A stretch of 38,864 nucleotides of DNA from the IMG/VR virus record IMGVR_UViG_3300048850_000024, positions 1 to 38,864 of that record. The stretch is one strand, 5' to 3'. The position numbers and the translations under genes are program-made. Below the pieces are notes generated by a model that worked only from the letters and a program-made list of their open reading frames with translations, ran no database searches and was not told the DNA's origin. The DNA is from a virus. Lineage: Duplodnaviria; Caudoviricetes. The number at the start of each line of letters is the position of its first letter. Positions within the stretch are counted from its first letter, which is position 1. Of the stretch, positions 7,889-15,356 are shown in pieces.

Positions 7889-8014
7889 GGAACCTCCCTT
7901 GATTCCTCTGATGGTTGCTCATCAGTATGTCAGTGCGGCCCAGTGTGGGGGCGGGCAGCGGGACCATTACAGCACCGTGACGCCCTCACAAAAGGCTCAA
8001 ACACGCCCTCAATG

Positions 8015-8052
8015 CTCGCATTGTGCGAGTGTTTAATCTCGCATTCTGCGAG
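8015..8052. promoter_or_regulatory. Tandem palindromic operators, probably bound by the adjacent Arc-like protein
   Basis: CTCGCA-TTG-TGCGAG (8015) and CTCGCA-TTC-TGCGAG (8038). Confidence 0.65.
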
Positions 8053-8066
8053 TACGCTTCGCGCCC

Positions 8067-8309
8067 ATGGGGAGACCGCGAGCAACTAAGGTTCAAGACT
8101 GGGAGCAGGTGACTGTGCGCCTGCCACCCGGCATGCGCGACAAGATCAACGAGATAGCTGCGCAGAATGGCCGGTCGGCCAATTCTGAGATCGTGGCGCG
8201 GCTGGAGCGTACGCTGAACCCCGCCCAGGCCCCGGAAGTCCAAGCCATGCAGGCCGTGTTCAGGGAAGAGCTTGACAGGGCTGTGAGGCTGATCCGAGGG
8301 GGTAAGTAG
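8067..8309 (+). CDS. Arc/Mnt-family ribbon-helix-helix regulator
   Basis: VTVRLPPGMRDKINEIAAQNGRSANSEIVARLE. Confidence 0.92.
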   Translation: MGRPRATKVQDWEQVTVRLPPGMRDKINEIAAQNGRSANSEIVARLERTLNPAQAPEVQAMQAVFREELDRAVRLIRGGK

Positions 8310-8580
8310 GCAGGTTCACTGTTTGCTTACCCTAGGGGTGCGGTGACATTCTTCGGTAGGGAACGAATCCTCCGAAAAGGTGTCTTATTTCTCGGAACTT
8401 AGCGATCTCCGGAAGTTAGCTAGTGCTTAATTTTCCGATGCCCTAAAAGGTAGGAATTTGCTACTATTCACTCAGTGTTTACTTGTAGGTAATTGCCAGG
8501 CTTGTGAAGCGATGGACTCACGCTGGCGAGTTGCGTAGTGACCGTAACTGCAAGGCGGTGCCCTTCAGCCGGAGAAGTCT

Positions 8581-8760
8581 ATGAAAGTGCAGAAAAGTAA
8601 GCTGGTTAGAGAAGTCTTGGCGGATCCCAAGGCCACGGATGAGTTGAGGGCTGCTATGCGTAGCAGCCAGCATGATCGAACCACACATTCGTTTACGTTC
8701 CAATCGCGAGACGGGCATGTCCGCACAGTGCGGGTGCTGGCAGTACCTAAGCCTGCTTGA
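8581..8760 (+). CDS. 59-aa protein (MKVQKSKLVREVLADPKATDELRAAM...PKPA)
   Basis: Read by hand, below the ORF-track cutoff. GGAG RBS, stop 12 nt before the next gene. Confidence 0.7.
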   Translation: MKVQKSKLVREVLADPKATDELRAAMRSSQHDRTTHSFTFQSRDGHVRTVRVLAVPKPA

Positions 8761-8772
8761 CGCCGCTGGGCG

Positions 8773-9537
8773 ATGAACTTTGCACTGCCCGCGGTCCTGC
8801 TTTTCCTTATCGTCCTGCCAGGATTCGTTTTCAGGTCACGCCTCAAGCGTGTAGAGGCGGAATCTGTTGACTACTCACCATTCGGTCAGGTAGTAACGGA
8901 GGGGGTGGTGTACGCCGGCTTCCTGCATGCGGGAGCGCTACTAGCCACCTACTATCTACTAGACCGTTCGGTAAAGTTCGATCTTGTGTTCCACATGCTG
9001 ATGGCTCCAACGACCTTGGGGCCATCCGATTTTGCGACATTGGCGCACAGCATGCCCTGGGCGGCGGAGTACTTCATAGGGATATTCCTGACGGCGGCTG
9101 CGGTTCCGCGGTTGTCTCTATGGGTTATTACACGGTACCAATTGGACCATATCGATTCCCGCTTCGCTGACTGGTGCCGGTTCCACCGTGCTCCATGGTA
9201 CTACCTATTATCGAAGGCGGACTTCAAGATTGACGAGCGGCAACACGTCATCATCAGCATCGCCGCAATTGTGAACGTCTCTGGGGAGTCGTACCTTTAC
9301 CACGGATTTCTAGACGAATATTTCACAAGTCGGGACGGCGCGTTAGACCGCATCGTCCTCACAAACACCCAGCGGAGAAAGTTGGACCATGACAGGGACC
9401 TATCGGAGTCTGAGGGTTCCTCAACTGCGCCAGGTGACAAGAACAACCGGTTCTATCCCATTGCTGGAGACTACTTCGTACTCCGCTATTCGGAGATGAT
9501 TACTTTAAACGTCCACTATTTCCGCGCTGCCGTATGA
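8773..9537 (+). CDS. Membrane protein, about 3 TM segments plus a soluble C-terminal domain (DUF6338-like)
   Basis: N-terminal LIVLPGF helix, PWYYLLS and YLYHGFL motifs. Family call is from memory. Confidence 0.8.
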   Translation: MNFALPAVLLFLIVLPGFVFRSRLKRVEAESVDYSPFGQVVTEGVVYAGFLHAGALLATYYLLDRSVKFDLVFHMLMAPTTLGPSDFATLAHSMPWAAEYFIGIFLTAAAVPRLSLWVITRYQLDHIDSRFADWCRFHRAPWYYLLSKADFKIDERQHVIISIAAIVNVSGESYLYHGFLDEYFTSRDGALDRIVLTNTQRRKLDHDRDLSESEGSSTAPGDKNNRFYPIAGDYFVLRYSEMITLNVHYFRAAV

Positions 9538-9558
9538 GCCGACTCCTTCCTTCCTGAC

Positions 9559-9581
9559 CCGCCGCCTACGGGCGGTTTTTT
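9559..9581 (+). terminator. Rho-independent terminator
   Basis: CCGCC stem plus T6. Confidence 0.75.
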
Positions 9582-9658
9582 CATGCCCTGGCCGAGTATG
9601 ATCGCAGCAGGGGTCATGCCAGTAAGCGGCCACGCGACCCCTGGATTGTCCATGTCTG

Positions 9659-10369
9659 TCAGTTTGAGGCGAAGCCCGAGCCCGACCGGTAGACGACTTC
9701 CCCGATGATCTGCAATCGCTCCATATCCGCCACGGATACGTCCCGGTCCGGGTACTTGGGGTTGTAGGAATGCAGCACGAGCGCGCCCCCGGCCTTCTTG
9801 AACACCTGCTTAACTAGTGGCTCGTCCTCGAACAGGACGGCGTAGACAACCCCGTCGCGGACGGCGGTCTTGCTCACGTCCACCATGACCATATCCCGAT
9901 TGAACAGGAATGGCTCCATCGAGTCGCCGCGGACCATGACCAGCTTGCAGTTGGCAGGCTTGGAGCCCACGGCCTGGAAAAACCCCAGGTTGAAGGGAAG
10001 AGCCGCCTTCTCGCGAATCTCCCACTGGATGCCGCCATCCCCGGCGCTCATACGATAGTCCCAACGATCAACCCATACGCGATCCCCACTATCCGCCAGA
10101 TCCTCGGGCTTATCCCAAACGGTGATCTTGCCCTCTTCTAGTTGGGCGGATGCTCCTACTTTAGGTCCAATCCCTCTCGCGAGCCAAGTAGGCGTCACGC
10201 CCAGCGCAGCGGCTGTGGCGACGAGGTTGTCGCCTTTGAGTTCGACGGTCGCCCCCGATAGCCAGTGAGCTATCGCGCTACGGGTCACACGGACGCGTCT
10301 AGCCAGCTCGGCCTGAGATATCCCGGCTTCCCCCATCGCTTCTTTGAGTCTTTCTTGCAACGTGGTCAT
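9659..10369 (-). CDS. cI: CI-like repressor (HTH plus S24 autopeptidase)
   Basis: N-terminal HTH, SAG cleavage site, GDSMEP serine and VKQ lysine. No RBS, but TATTCT 7 nt upstream suggests a leaderless mRNA. Confidence 0.95.
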   Translation of the reverse strand: MTTLQERLKEAMGEAGISQAELARRVRVTRSAIAHWLSGATVELKGDNLVATAAALGVTPTWLARGIGPKVGASAQLEEGKITVWDKPEDLADSGDRVWVDRWDYRMSAGDGGIQWEIREKAALPFNLGFFQAVGSKPANCKLVMVRGDSMEPFLFNRDMVMVDVSKTAVRDGVVYAVLFEDEPLVKQVFKKAGGALVLHSYNPKYPDRDVSVADMERLQIIGEVVYRSGSGFASN

Positions 10370-10449
10370 GTTTAGCAGAATACCCGCTTGCGTGTTGAGT
10401 GCACTCAGCATAGAATCGGCTTAGCGCACTAAAGTTGTTGAGCGAAGCC
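10369..10449. promoter_or_regulatory. OR region with pR and pRM
   Basis: TTGCGT-17-TAGAAT (10388-10416), operators TGTTGAGTGCACTCAGCA (10393) and GGCTTAGCGCACTAAAGT (10418). Confidence 0.8.
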
Positions 10450-10659
10450 ATGATGACTAAGCAAAAAGCCATTGACCTTTTCGGTACGGGAGCAGAACTA
10501 GCCCGTGCCCTGGGGTTCACCCGGAGCGCTATATCTCAGTGGCCTGACCGTCTGGATCAGACCCGCGCAGACATGGTGATCGGTGCCGCCTTGCGTCTGG
10601 GCAAGGTGAAGTCCCGTCGCCACCTGCGTTCCGTCCTGCGCGCTCAGCAATCCGCCTAA
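10450..10659 (+). CDS. cro: Cro-like repressor
   Basis: AIDLFGTGAELARALGFTRSAISQWP, divergent from cI. Confidence 0.92.
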   Translation: MMTKQKAIDLFGTGAELARALGFTRSAISQWPDRLDQTRADMVIGAALRLGKVKSRRHLRSVLRAQQSA

Positions 10660-10673
10660 CCGTTTCATCGTCT

Positions 10674-10702
10674 GCCCATCCGGTGGTGATGGGCTCTTTT
10701 TT
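10674..10702 (+). terminator. tR1-like terminator
   Basis: GCCCATC/GATGGGC stem plus T-run. Confidence 0.7.
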
Positions 10703-10768
10703 AGTTTCCGTTCAACCCGTAATCCAACCCGTAATTCAATTGCATTTCCCTAAGAGAGAAGAAAAAAA

Positions 10769-11116
10769 ATGACTGCTACCCAACAACTTACCGACGCCAA
10801 GCGCTTTCTGGCTCCTTCGGACATCAGCGAATGCCAGTCCTACCGCGATGCGGTTCGGCTGGCGTGGAAAAGCCGGGCGCGGCCGAACATGACCAAGGCG
10901 ACCTTTGCCGAGGAAATCGACGCCCACGCCCCGCACGTAACGCAGTGGCTGCACGAACAGGCTTACGACAAGCATGGCAACAAGCGCGCTGATCTGCCGG
11001 CCGAGAAGATCGCTGAAGTCGAGACGGTGTTGGGCAACAGGGCGATATCGCAGTACCTGATGAAGAGAGGGGCACTGACCCTCATGGAAGAAGTAATTGC
11101 GCAGAGGACTGCATGA
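10769..11116 (+). CDS. CII-like HTH transcription regulator
   Basis: Position after cro, HTH-like MTKATFAEEIDAHAPHVTQWL, GNRAISQY. Confidence 0.7.
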   Translation: MTATQQLTDAKRFLAPSDISECQSYRDAVRLAWKSRARPNMTKATFAEEIDAHAPHVTQWLHEQAYDKHGNKRADLPAEKIAEVETVLGNRAISQYLMKRGALTLMEEVIAQRTA

Positions 11117-11301
11117 CCTATGACGAAGCACTGAAGTACGCAAGGCAGGTCCGCCAGGAGTTGAAGAAGGCGGCAGGAGACAACATCGATGCGCTGTGGG
11201 AGCAGACGAACAAGCGCACGTTAGAAGACCAGAGTTTTGCCGAAGCCCTACGCACTATCGGGTTCCGGCATGTGTTGGAAGACCAGCAAACGAGGCACTA
11301 A
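11113..11301 (+). CDS. Hypothetical protein
   Basis: GAGGA RBS, ATGA coupling. Confidence 0.7.
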   Translation: MTYDEALKYARQVRQELKKAAGDNIDALWEQTNKRTLEDQSFAEALRTIGFRHVLEDQQTRH

Positions 11302-11304
11302 GTC

Positions 11305-11718
11305 ATGAAAGCTCACCGCATCCGCCTCACCCAATCCAGTCGCAAGGCAGCCCTCCAGGCCATTCAAGCCGCGCCGGATGGCATGTACGTGTCCATCCAG
11401 GAGGCCACGCGCAGCTTGGAGCAGAACGCGCTGATGTGGGCTCTCCTGACCGACGTGTCCAAGCAGGTCATCTGGACGGTGAACGGCCACGCGGAGAAGC
11501 TTTCGCCCGAGGAATGGAAAACCATTATTTCGGCCAGCCTCGCGCAAGAGAACCGCATGGCGCCTGGCGTCCGCGGCGGATTCGTCATGCTGGGCACGTC
11601 GACCAGCCGGATGACGATCAAGCAGATGTCCGAGATGGTGGAGTTCCTCTACGCCTTCGGGGCGGAGCAGGGCGTGAAGTGGAGCGCCTACCAATCGACG
11701 CCGGGGTGGCTGCAATGA
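11305..11718 (+). CDS. ninB: NinB/Orf recombination protein
   Basis: RSLEQNALMWALLTDVSKQV, WKTII, STSRMT motifs. Confidence 0.92.
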   Translation: MKAHRIRLTQSSRKAALQAIQAAPDGMYVSIQEATRSLEQNALMWALLTDVSKQVIWTVNGHAEKLSPEEWKTIISASLAQENRMAPGVRGGFVMLGTSTSRMTIKQMSEMVEFLYAFGAEQGVKWSAYQSTPGWLQ

Positions 11719-12056
11719 GCTTTCTCAAAGTCCCCCGCCTGCGTTCCGAGAAGCATCGCCGCAACGTCGCCTCCCTGGACTGCGTTGTCTGCGGTCGCCA
11801 GGGTACTTCCCAATGCGCTCATGCCAATTTCGGCAAAGGGCTGTCCCTGAAGGCATGCGATAGCCAGACGTTTGCAGCTTGCCAGCAATGCCACCAGTTC
11901 CATGACCAGAGCGGGATTGATCGCGACAAGCGCCGGCAGTTGGAAGCGCTGTACGTGGAGCGTACTCGTGACGAATTGATCGCCCGCGGCCTGTGGACGC
12001 CGCAACTAGAAGCTGCGTACCAGCATGCCTACCCTTCGATGAAGAGGGCCGCGTAA
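11715..12056 (+). CDS. Zinc-binding HNH-like nuclease-domain protein (DUF968/DUF1364-like)
   Basis: CVVCG...AH...CQQCH. Confidence 0.75.
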   Translation: MSFLKVPRLRSEKHRRNVASLDCVVCGRQGTSQCAHANFGKGLSLKACDSQTFAACQQCHQFHDQSGIDRDKRRQLEALYVERTRDELIARGLWTPQLEAAYQHAYPSMKRAA

Positions 12057-12748
12057 TGGCTCGGATCCGCACCATCAAGCCTGATTTCTGGACCGATGAA
12101 CAACTCACTGAGTGCTCCATGAGTGCTCGCCTACTGTTCATTGGCATGTGGAACTTCGCTGACGACAACGGCAATCTGCATCGGTCTCCGAAGAAGCTAA
12201 AGATGCAGGTTTTCCCTGCCGATTTGGTCGACTGCGAGCCCTTGATTCAAGAGCTTATCGCTCACGGACGAGTCACTGAGTACTCAGTGAATGGCGAAAA
12301 GTACTTAAATATCAAGGGCTTCAAGAAGCACCAGGTTATCAACCGTCCATCCGCTTCGTCTATCCCTGAACCTGATTTCAATGAGGGCTCACGGAAGACT
12401 CCAAGAGGGAAGGGAAAGGAAGGGAAGGGAGTAAATACATTGTCGGGCAAGCCCGACGATTCGCTTCGAGAAGAAGCCAAGGAAATCCTTACCCACCTGA
12501 ACAACAAGACCGGGAAGGAATTCCGCCTGGTGGATGCAAACATCGACATGATCGTTGCCAGACTGAAGGATGGCGCCGCCGTGGCTGATTGCATTGCCGT
12601 GATCGATGCGAAGGTGGCGCAGTGGGGTGAAGACCCGAAGATGTCCGAGTACCTCCGTCCTGGGACGTTGTTCAACCGAACGAAGTTTGAGCAGTACATC
12701 GGTGAGCGAGCCAAGCCTGCCGACACACCGTGGGCCGGGGCGATATGA
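12056..12748 (+). CDS. Replication initiator protein
   Basis: MARIRTIKPDFWTDE...ADDNG N-domain, YLRPGTLFNRTKFEQY conserved phage C-terminal domain. Confidence 0.88.
   Translation: MARIRTIKPDFWTDEQLTECSMSARLLFIGMWNFADDNGNLHRSPKKLKMQVFPADLVDCEPLIQELIAHGRVTEYSVNGEKYLNIKGFKKHQVINRPSASSIPEPDFNEGSRKTPRGKGKEGKGVNTLSGKPDDSLREEAKEILTHLNNKTGKEFRLVDANIDMIVARLKDGAAVADCIAVIDAKVAQWGEDPKMSEYLRPGTLFNRTKFEQYIGERAKPADTPWAGAI
12104..12430. repeat. Iteron-like 11-bp repeats and purine tract (putative origin)
   Basis: Clusters of CTCAnnGAnnn-like units at 12104, 12261 and 12377, followed by an A/G tract. Confidence 0.55.
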
Positions 12749-13071
12749 ACGGCCACAACGCGATCATCGGCCTACGCCTGAGGGGTTACGCGCCCAGCGA
12801 CGTGTGGGTCATGGCTTTGGATGCCGAACCTCAGTACTTCGAGGCCACGCACCCCGAGGTCCTGCTTGCCAACGGGTTCCTGGCGGAGATTGACGTTCTG
12901 CCAACCGACAACCCAGCCACGCTCGATTTCCGTTGCCTGCGGGGCCTGACTGCCCATGTCGTAGGCGAGAACCCGCGGCGCGTCCGGGCGCTTTTCAACC
13001 GAATCCAGCAGTTTGAACCGGCTCAGGTACTGGCTGTGGCGGACGGGCTATTGCACTGGAAACCCGAATGA
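12745..13071 (+). CDS. Hypothetical protein between initiator and helicase
   Basis: ATGA coupling at both ends. Confidence 0.7.
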   Translation: MNGHNAIIGLRLRGYAPSDVWVMALDAEPQYFEATHPEVLLANGFLAEIDVLPTDNPATLDFRCLRGLTAHVVGENPRRVRALFNRIQQFEPAQVLAVADGLLHWKPE

Positions 13072-14021
13072 GCAACGTACAAAAACTCATCATCCCGAAC
13101 AGCTTCAACTTCCAGGAGTACATGGTTGACGCTGAACCCCAGGCCAAGGTTCTCTCTCCTGAGGCTTGGCGTGAGGAACTTGTGGAATCGACCCGAGGCG
13201 GCAGCAAAGTCTACGGTGCCGAGCTGCCCTGGGCGAAGACCCATGACCACCTGCGATTTCGCGGGGGGGAAGTGACTCTGTGGCAGGGAATCAACGGACA
13301 CGGGAAGAGCCAGTTGCTGGGTCAGGCGACCCTTGGCTTCGCCCGGCAAGGGGAGGGCGTGTGCAACGCCAGCTTCGAAATGAAGCCGGTATCCACCCTC
13401 AAGCGGATGCTGCGTCAGGCTGCGCGCAATGCTACGCCTAGCGAGTTGATGGCAAATCGCCTGATCGACTGGCTGGAGGGCCGGTATTGGCTCTACGACC
13501 AGCAGGGCCAGGTAAAGCCGGAAATGATGTACGCCGTCATTCGGTACTGCGCTCAGAAACTGAAGATCAAGCACATCGTAATCGACAGCCTCATGAAATG
13601 CGTGCGTGGAGAGGACGACTACAACGGTCAGAAAGACTTCGTGGACATGCTGACCACGTTGGCCCGGGACTACCAAGTCCACATTCACCTTGTCCACCAC
13701 GTCCGGAAGGGCGAGAACGAAGACAAGGCTCCTGGGAAGTTCGACGCGAAGGGATCGGGCGCCATATCCGACCAGGTGGACCAGGTTCTCACCGTCTGGC
13801 GGAACAAGAAGAAAGAGCGATTAGTGGAGAAGATCCTCCGCACCCCGGGTGCCGTCATTGACGAGGAAACCCAAGCGATGCCCGACGCCATGCTGATCTG
13901 CGACAAGAATCGGCACGGCGAATGGGAAGGCGGGGTCCAGCTTTGGTACGACCCGAAATCGCTGCAATACACCCCCGACAAACGCTGCATTCCTCTGGAC
14001 ATGATGGGAGAAGATCGATGA
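13068..14021 (+). CDS. DnaB/T7 gp4-type SF4 helicase (no primase domain)
   Basis: Walker A GINGHGKS, IVIDSL, HLVHH, KGSGAI, KNR. Confidence 0.9.
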   Translation: MSNVQKLIIPNSFNFQEYMVDAEPQAKVLSPEAWREELVESTRGGSKVYGAELPWAKTHDHLRFRGGEVTLWQGINGHGKSQLLGQATLGFARQGEGVCNASFEMKPVSTLKRMLRQAARNATPSELMANRLIDWLEGRYWLYDQQGQVKPEMMYAVIRYCAQKLKIKHIVIDSLMKCVRGEDDYNGQKDFVDMLTTLARDYQVHIHLVHHVRKGENEDKAPGKFDAKGSGAISDQVDQVLTVWRNKKKERLVEKILRTPGAVIDEETQAMPDAMLICDKNRHGEWEGGVQLWYDPKSLQYTPDKRCIPLDMMGEDR

Positions 14022-14380
14022 CAGCTAAACACGCTCATAGCGCTCGGACGGTCATTCTGGACCTGCTCGCGGACGGCCGAGGGCTGACGACGCAGCAAAT
14101 CACGGAGGCGACCAAACTTAAGGCTACGACCGTATCGGGCACGCTGAAGGTCATGCGGCGCGAGAAGGAAGTCTACGTGGACCACTGGGAGCAGACCGGG
14201 AGCGGTCGCAAGGACCGTGCGGTGTGGATGAGCGGGGACCTAGACGATGCAGAACTTGAACGGCCGCTTGCCCCCGCCGATATGTCTGCGGTCGCCGCTC
14301 TCCGAGCCCTGTACCACCAAGCTAAGGAATGGGGGCCATTCTCGGTCGCTATGTGGCAGGTCAGCAAGGGATTGCGATGA
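14018..14380 (+). CDS. Winged-helix protein
   Basis: ILDLLADGRGLTTQQITEATKLKATTVSGTL. Confidence 0.7.
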   Translation: MTAKHAHSARTVILDLLADGRGLTTQQITEATKLKATTVSGTLKVMRREKEVYVDHWEQTGSGRKDRAVWMSGDLDDAELERPLAPADMSAVAALRALYHQAKEWGPFSVAMWQVSKGLR

Positions 14381-14715
14381 AGAACTACGCCCTAGGGCGC
14401 CTGAAGACCGGTGCCATGAACAAGACCGAGCAGGCATATGCCGACTATCTATCCCAGCTCCAGGCCGTCGGCGGCGTGCTGTGGCATCGCTTCGAGGGGA
14501 TGACGTTCAGGCTCGCAGACAACACCCGGTATACGCCCGACTTCGCGGTGATGAGGCCGGGAGGCCAAATCGAGCTTCACGAAGTCAAAGGCTACTGGCA
14601 GGACGACGCCAGGGTGAAGATTAAGGTCGCCGCCGAGATGTTCCCGTTCAAGTTCATCGCCGTGAAGGCAAGGGCGAAGAGAGACGGCGGCGGCTGGGCT
14701 ATCGAGGAATTCTGA
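14377..14715 (+). CDS. DUF1064-like PD-(D/E)XK endonuclease
   Basis: YTPDF...HEVKG. Confidence 0.85.
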   Translation: MKNYALGRLKTGAMNKTEQAYADYLSQLQAVGGVLWHRFEGMTFRLADNTRYTPDFAVMRPGGQIELHEVKGYWQDDARVKIKVAAEMFPFKFIAVKARAKRDGGGWAIEEF

Positions 14716-15236
14716 TGGCTTGGCATGAGCGCTGGCAGATGGGCGACCCGGCCAAGGTCTACGAGCAGATTGAAGCCGGCAGGCGCAAGAGGGAGCGCAG
14801 AGAGCTAAGGACAGACCCCTTCGGGGCGATTTGGAGAAAGGGGGTAATGGTCATGACGCGGGACGAGAGCGAGCAGATCGAGGAATTGCTGATGAACTGG
14901 TACGAGTGGGCGCGTGCCTATCGGCCAGCGCTGGGAGCGCCCAGGGTATCGGCATACGCTCGTGGGGCAGACAGCAGCGACGTGTATGCGGATAGCGATG
15001 AGATCGGGGCCAGGATTGCGGCATCCGAGGCGGAGGCGGTAGACGCATGCCTCAATGAGCTACCTTGGCAGGCTCGCTCGGCTGTGGGCTTGCATACGGC
15101 CCGTATGGCATCCGATGCGAAGGTACTGCGCAATCCCCGCATGACGGACGAAGAGGCGCACCAAGCGTATCAGCAGGCCAAGCTAGACCTCGTTCCGCTG
15201 TTGCGCCGACGTGGAATGCTGAAGGTCGCAGCGTGA
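14715..15236 (+). CDS. Putative late antiterminator/activator (Q-like)
   Basis: Last early gene before a promoter and terminator, LLMNWYEWA...AVDACLNELP pattern. Alternative start 14847/14853. Confidence 0.65.
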   Translation: MAWHERWQMGDPAKVYEQIEAGRRKRERRELRTDPFGAIWRKGVMVMTRDESEQIEELLMNWYEWARAYRPALGAPRVSAYARGADSSDVYADSDEIGARIAASEAEAVDACLNELPWQARSAVGLHTARMASDAKVLRNPRMTDEEAHQAYQQAKLDLVPLLRRRGMLKVAA

Positions 15237-15243
15237 GCAGGTA

Positions 15244-15272
15244 TTGCGCAACTGGCGCGAATCATGCAGAAT
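15244..15272 (+). promoter_or_regulatory. Candidate late promoter pR'
   Basis: TTGCGC-17-CAGAAT just after the Q-like gene and before a terminator. Confidence 0.45.
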
Positions 15273-15308
15273 ATCGGGGTCGGGGCTCCGTTCGCCCTGA
15301 AGAAACGC

Positions 15309-15339
15309 AAGCCCGCCAGGAAACTGAGCGGGCTTTTTT
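15309..15339 (+). terminator. tR'-like terminator
   Basis: AAGCCCGC/GCGGGCTT stem plus T6. Confidence 0.8.
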
Positions 15340-15356
15340 CGTTGGGCCATACGTAG

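Noticed and set aside
7890-7930. Hammerhead ribozyme (CTGATGAG on minus)
   Set aside because: No downstream GAAA core, and the motif sits in a simple CTGATG/CATCAG hairpin
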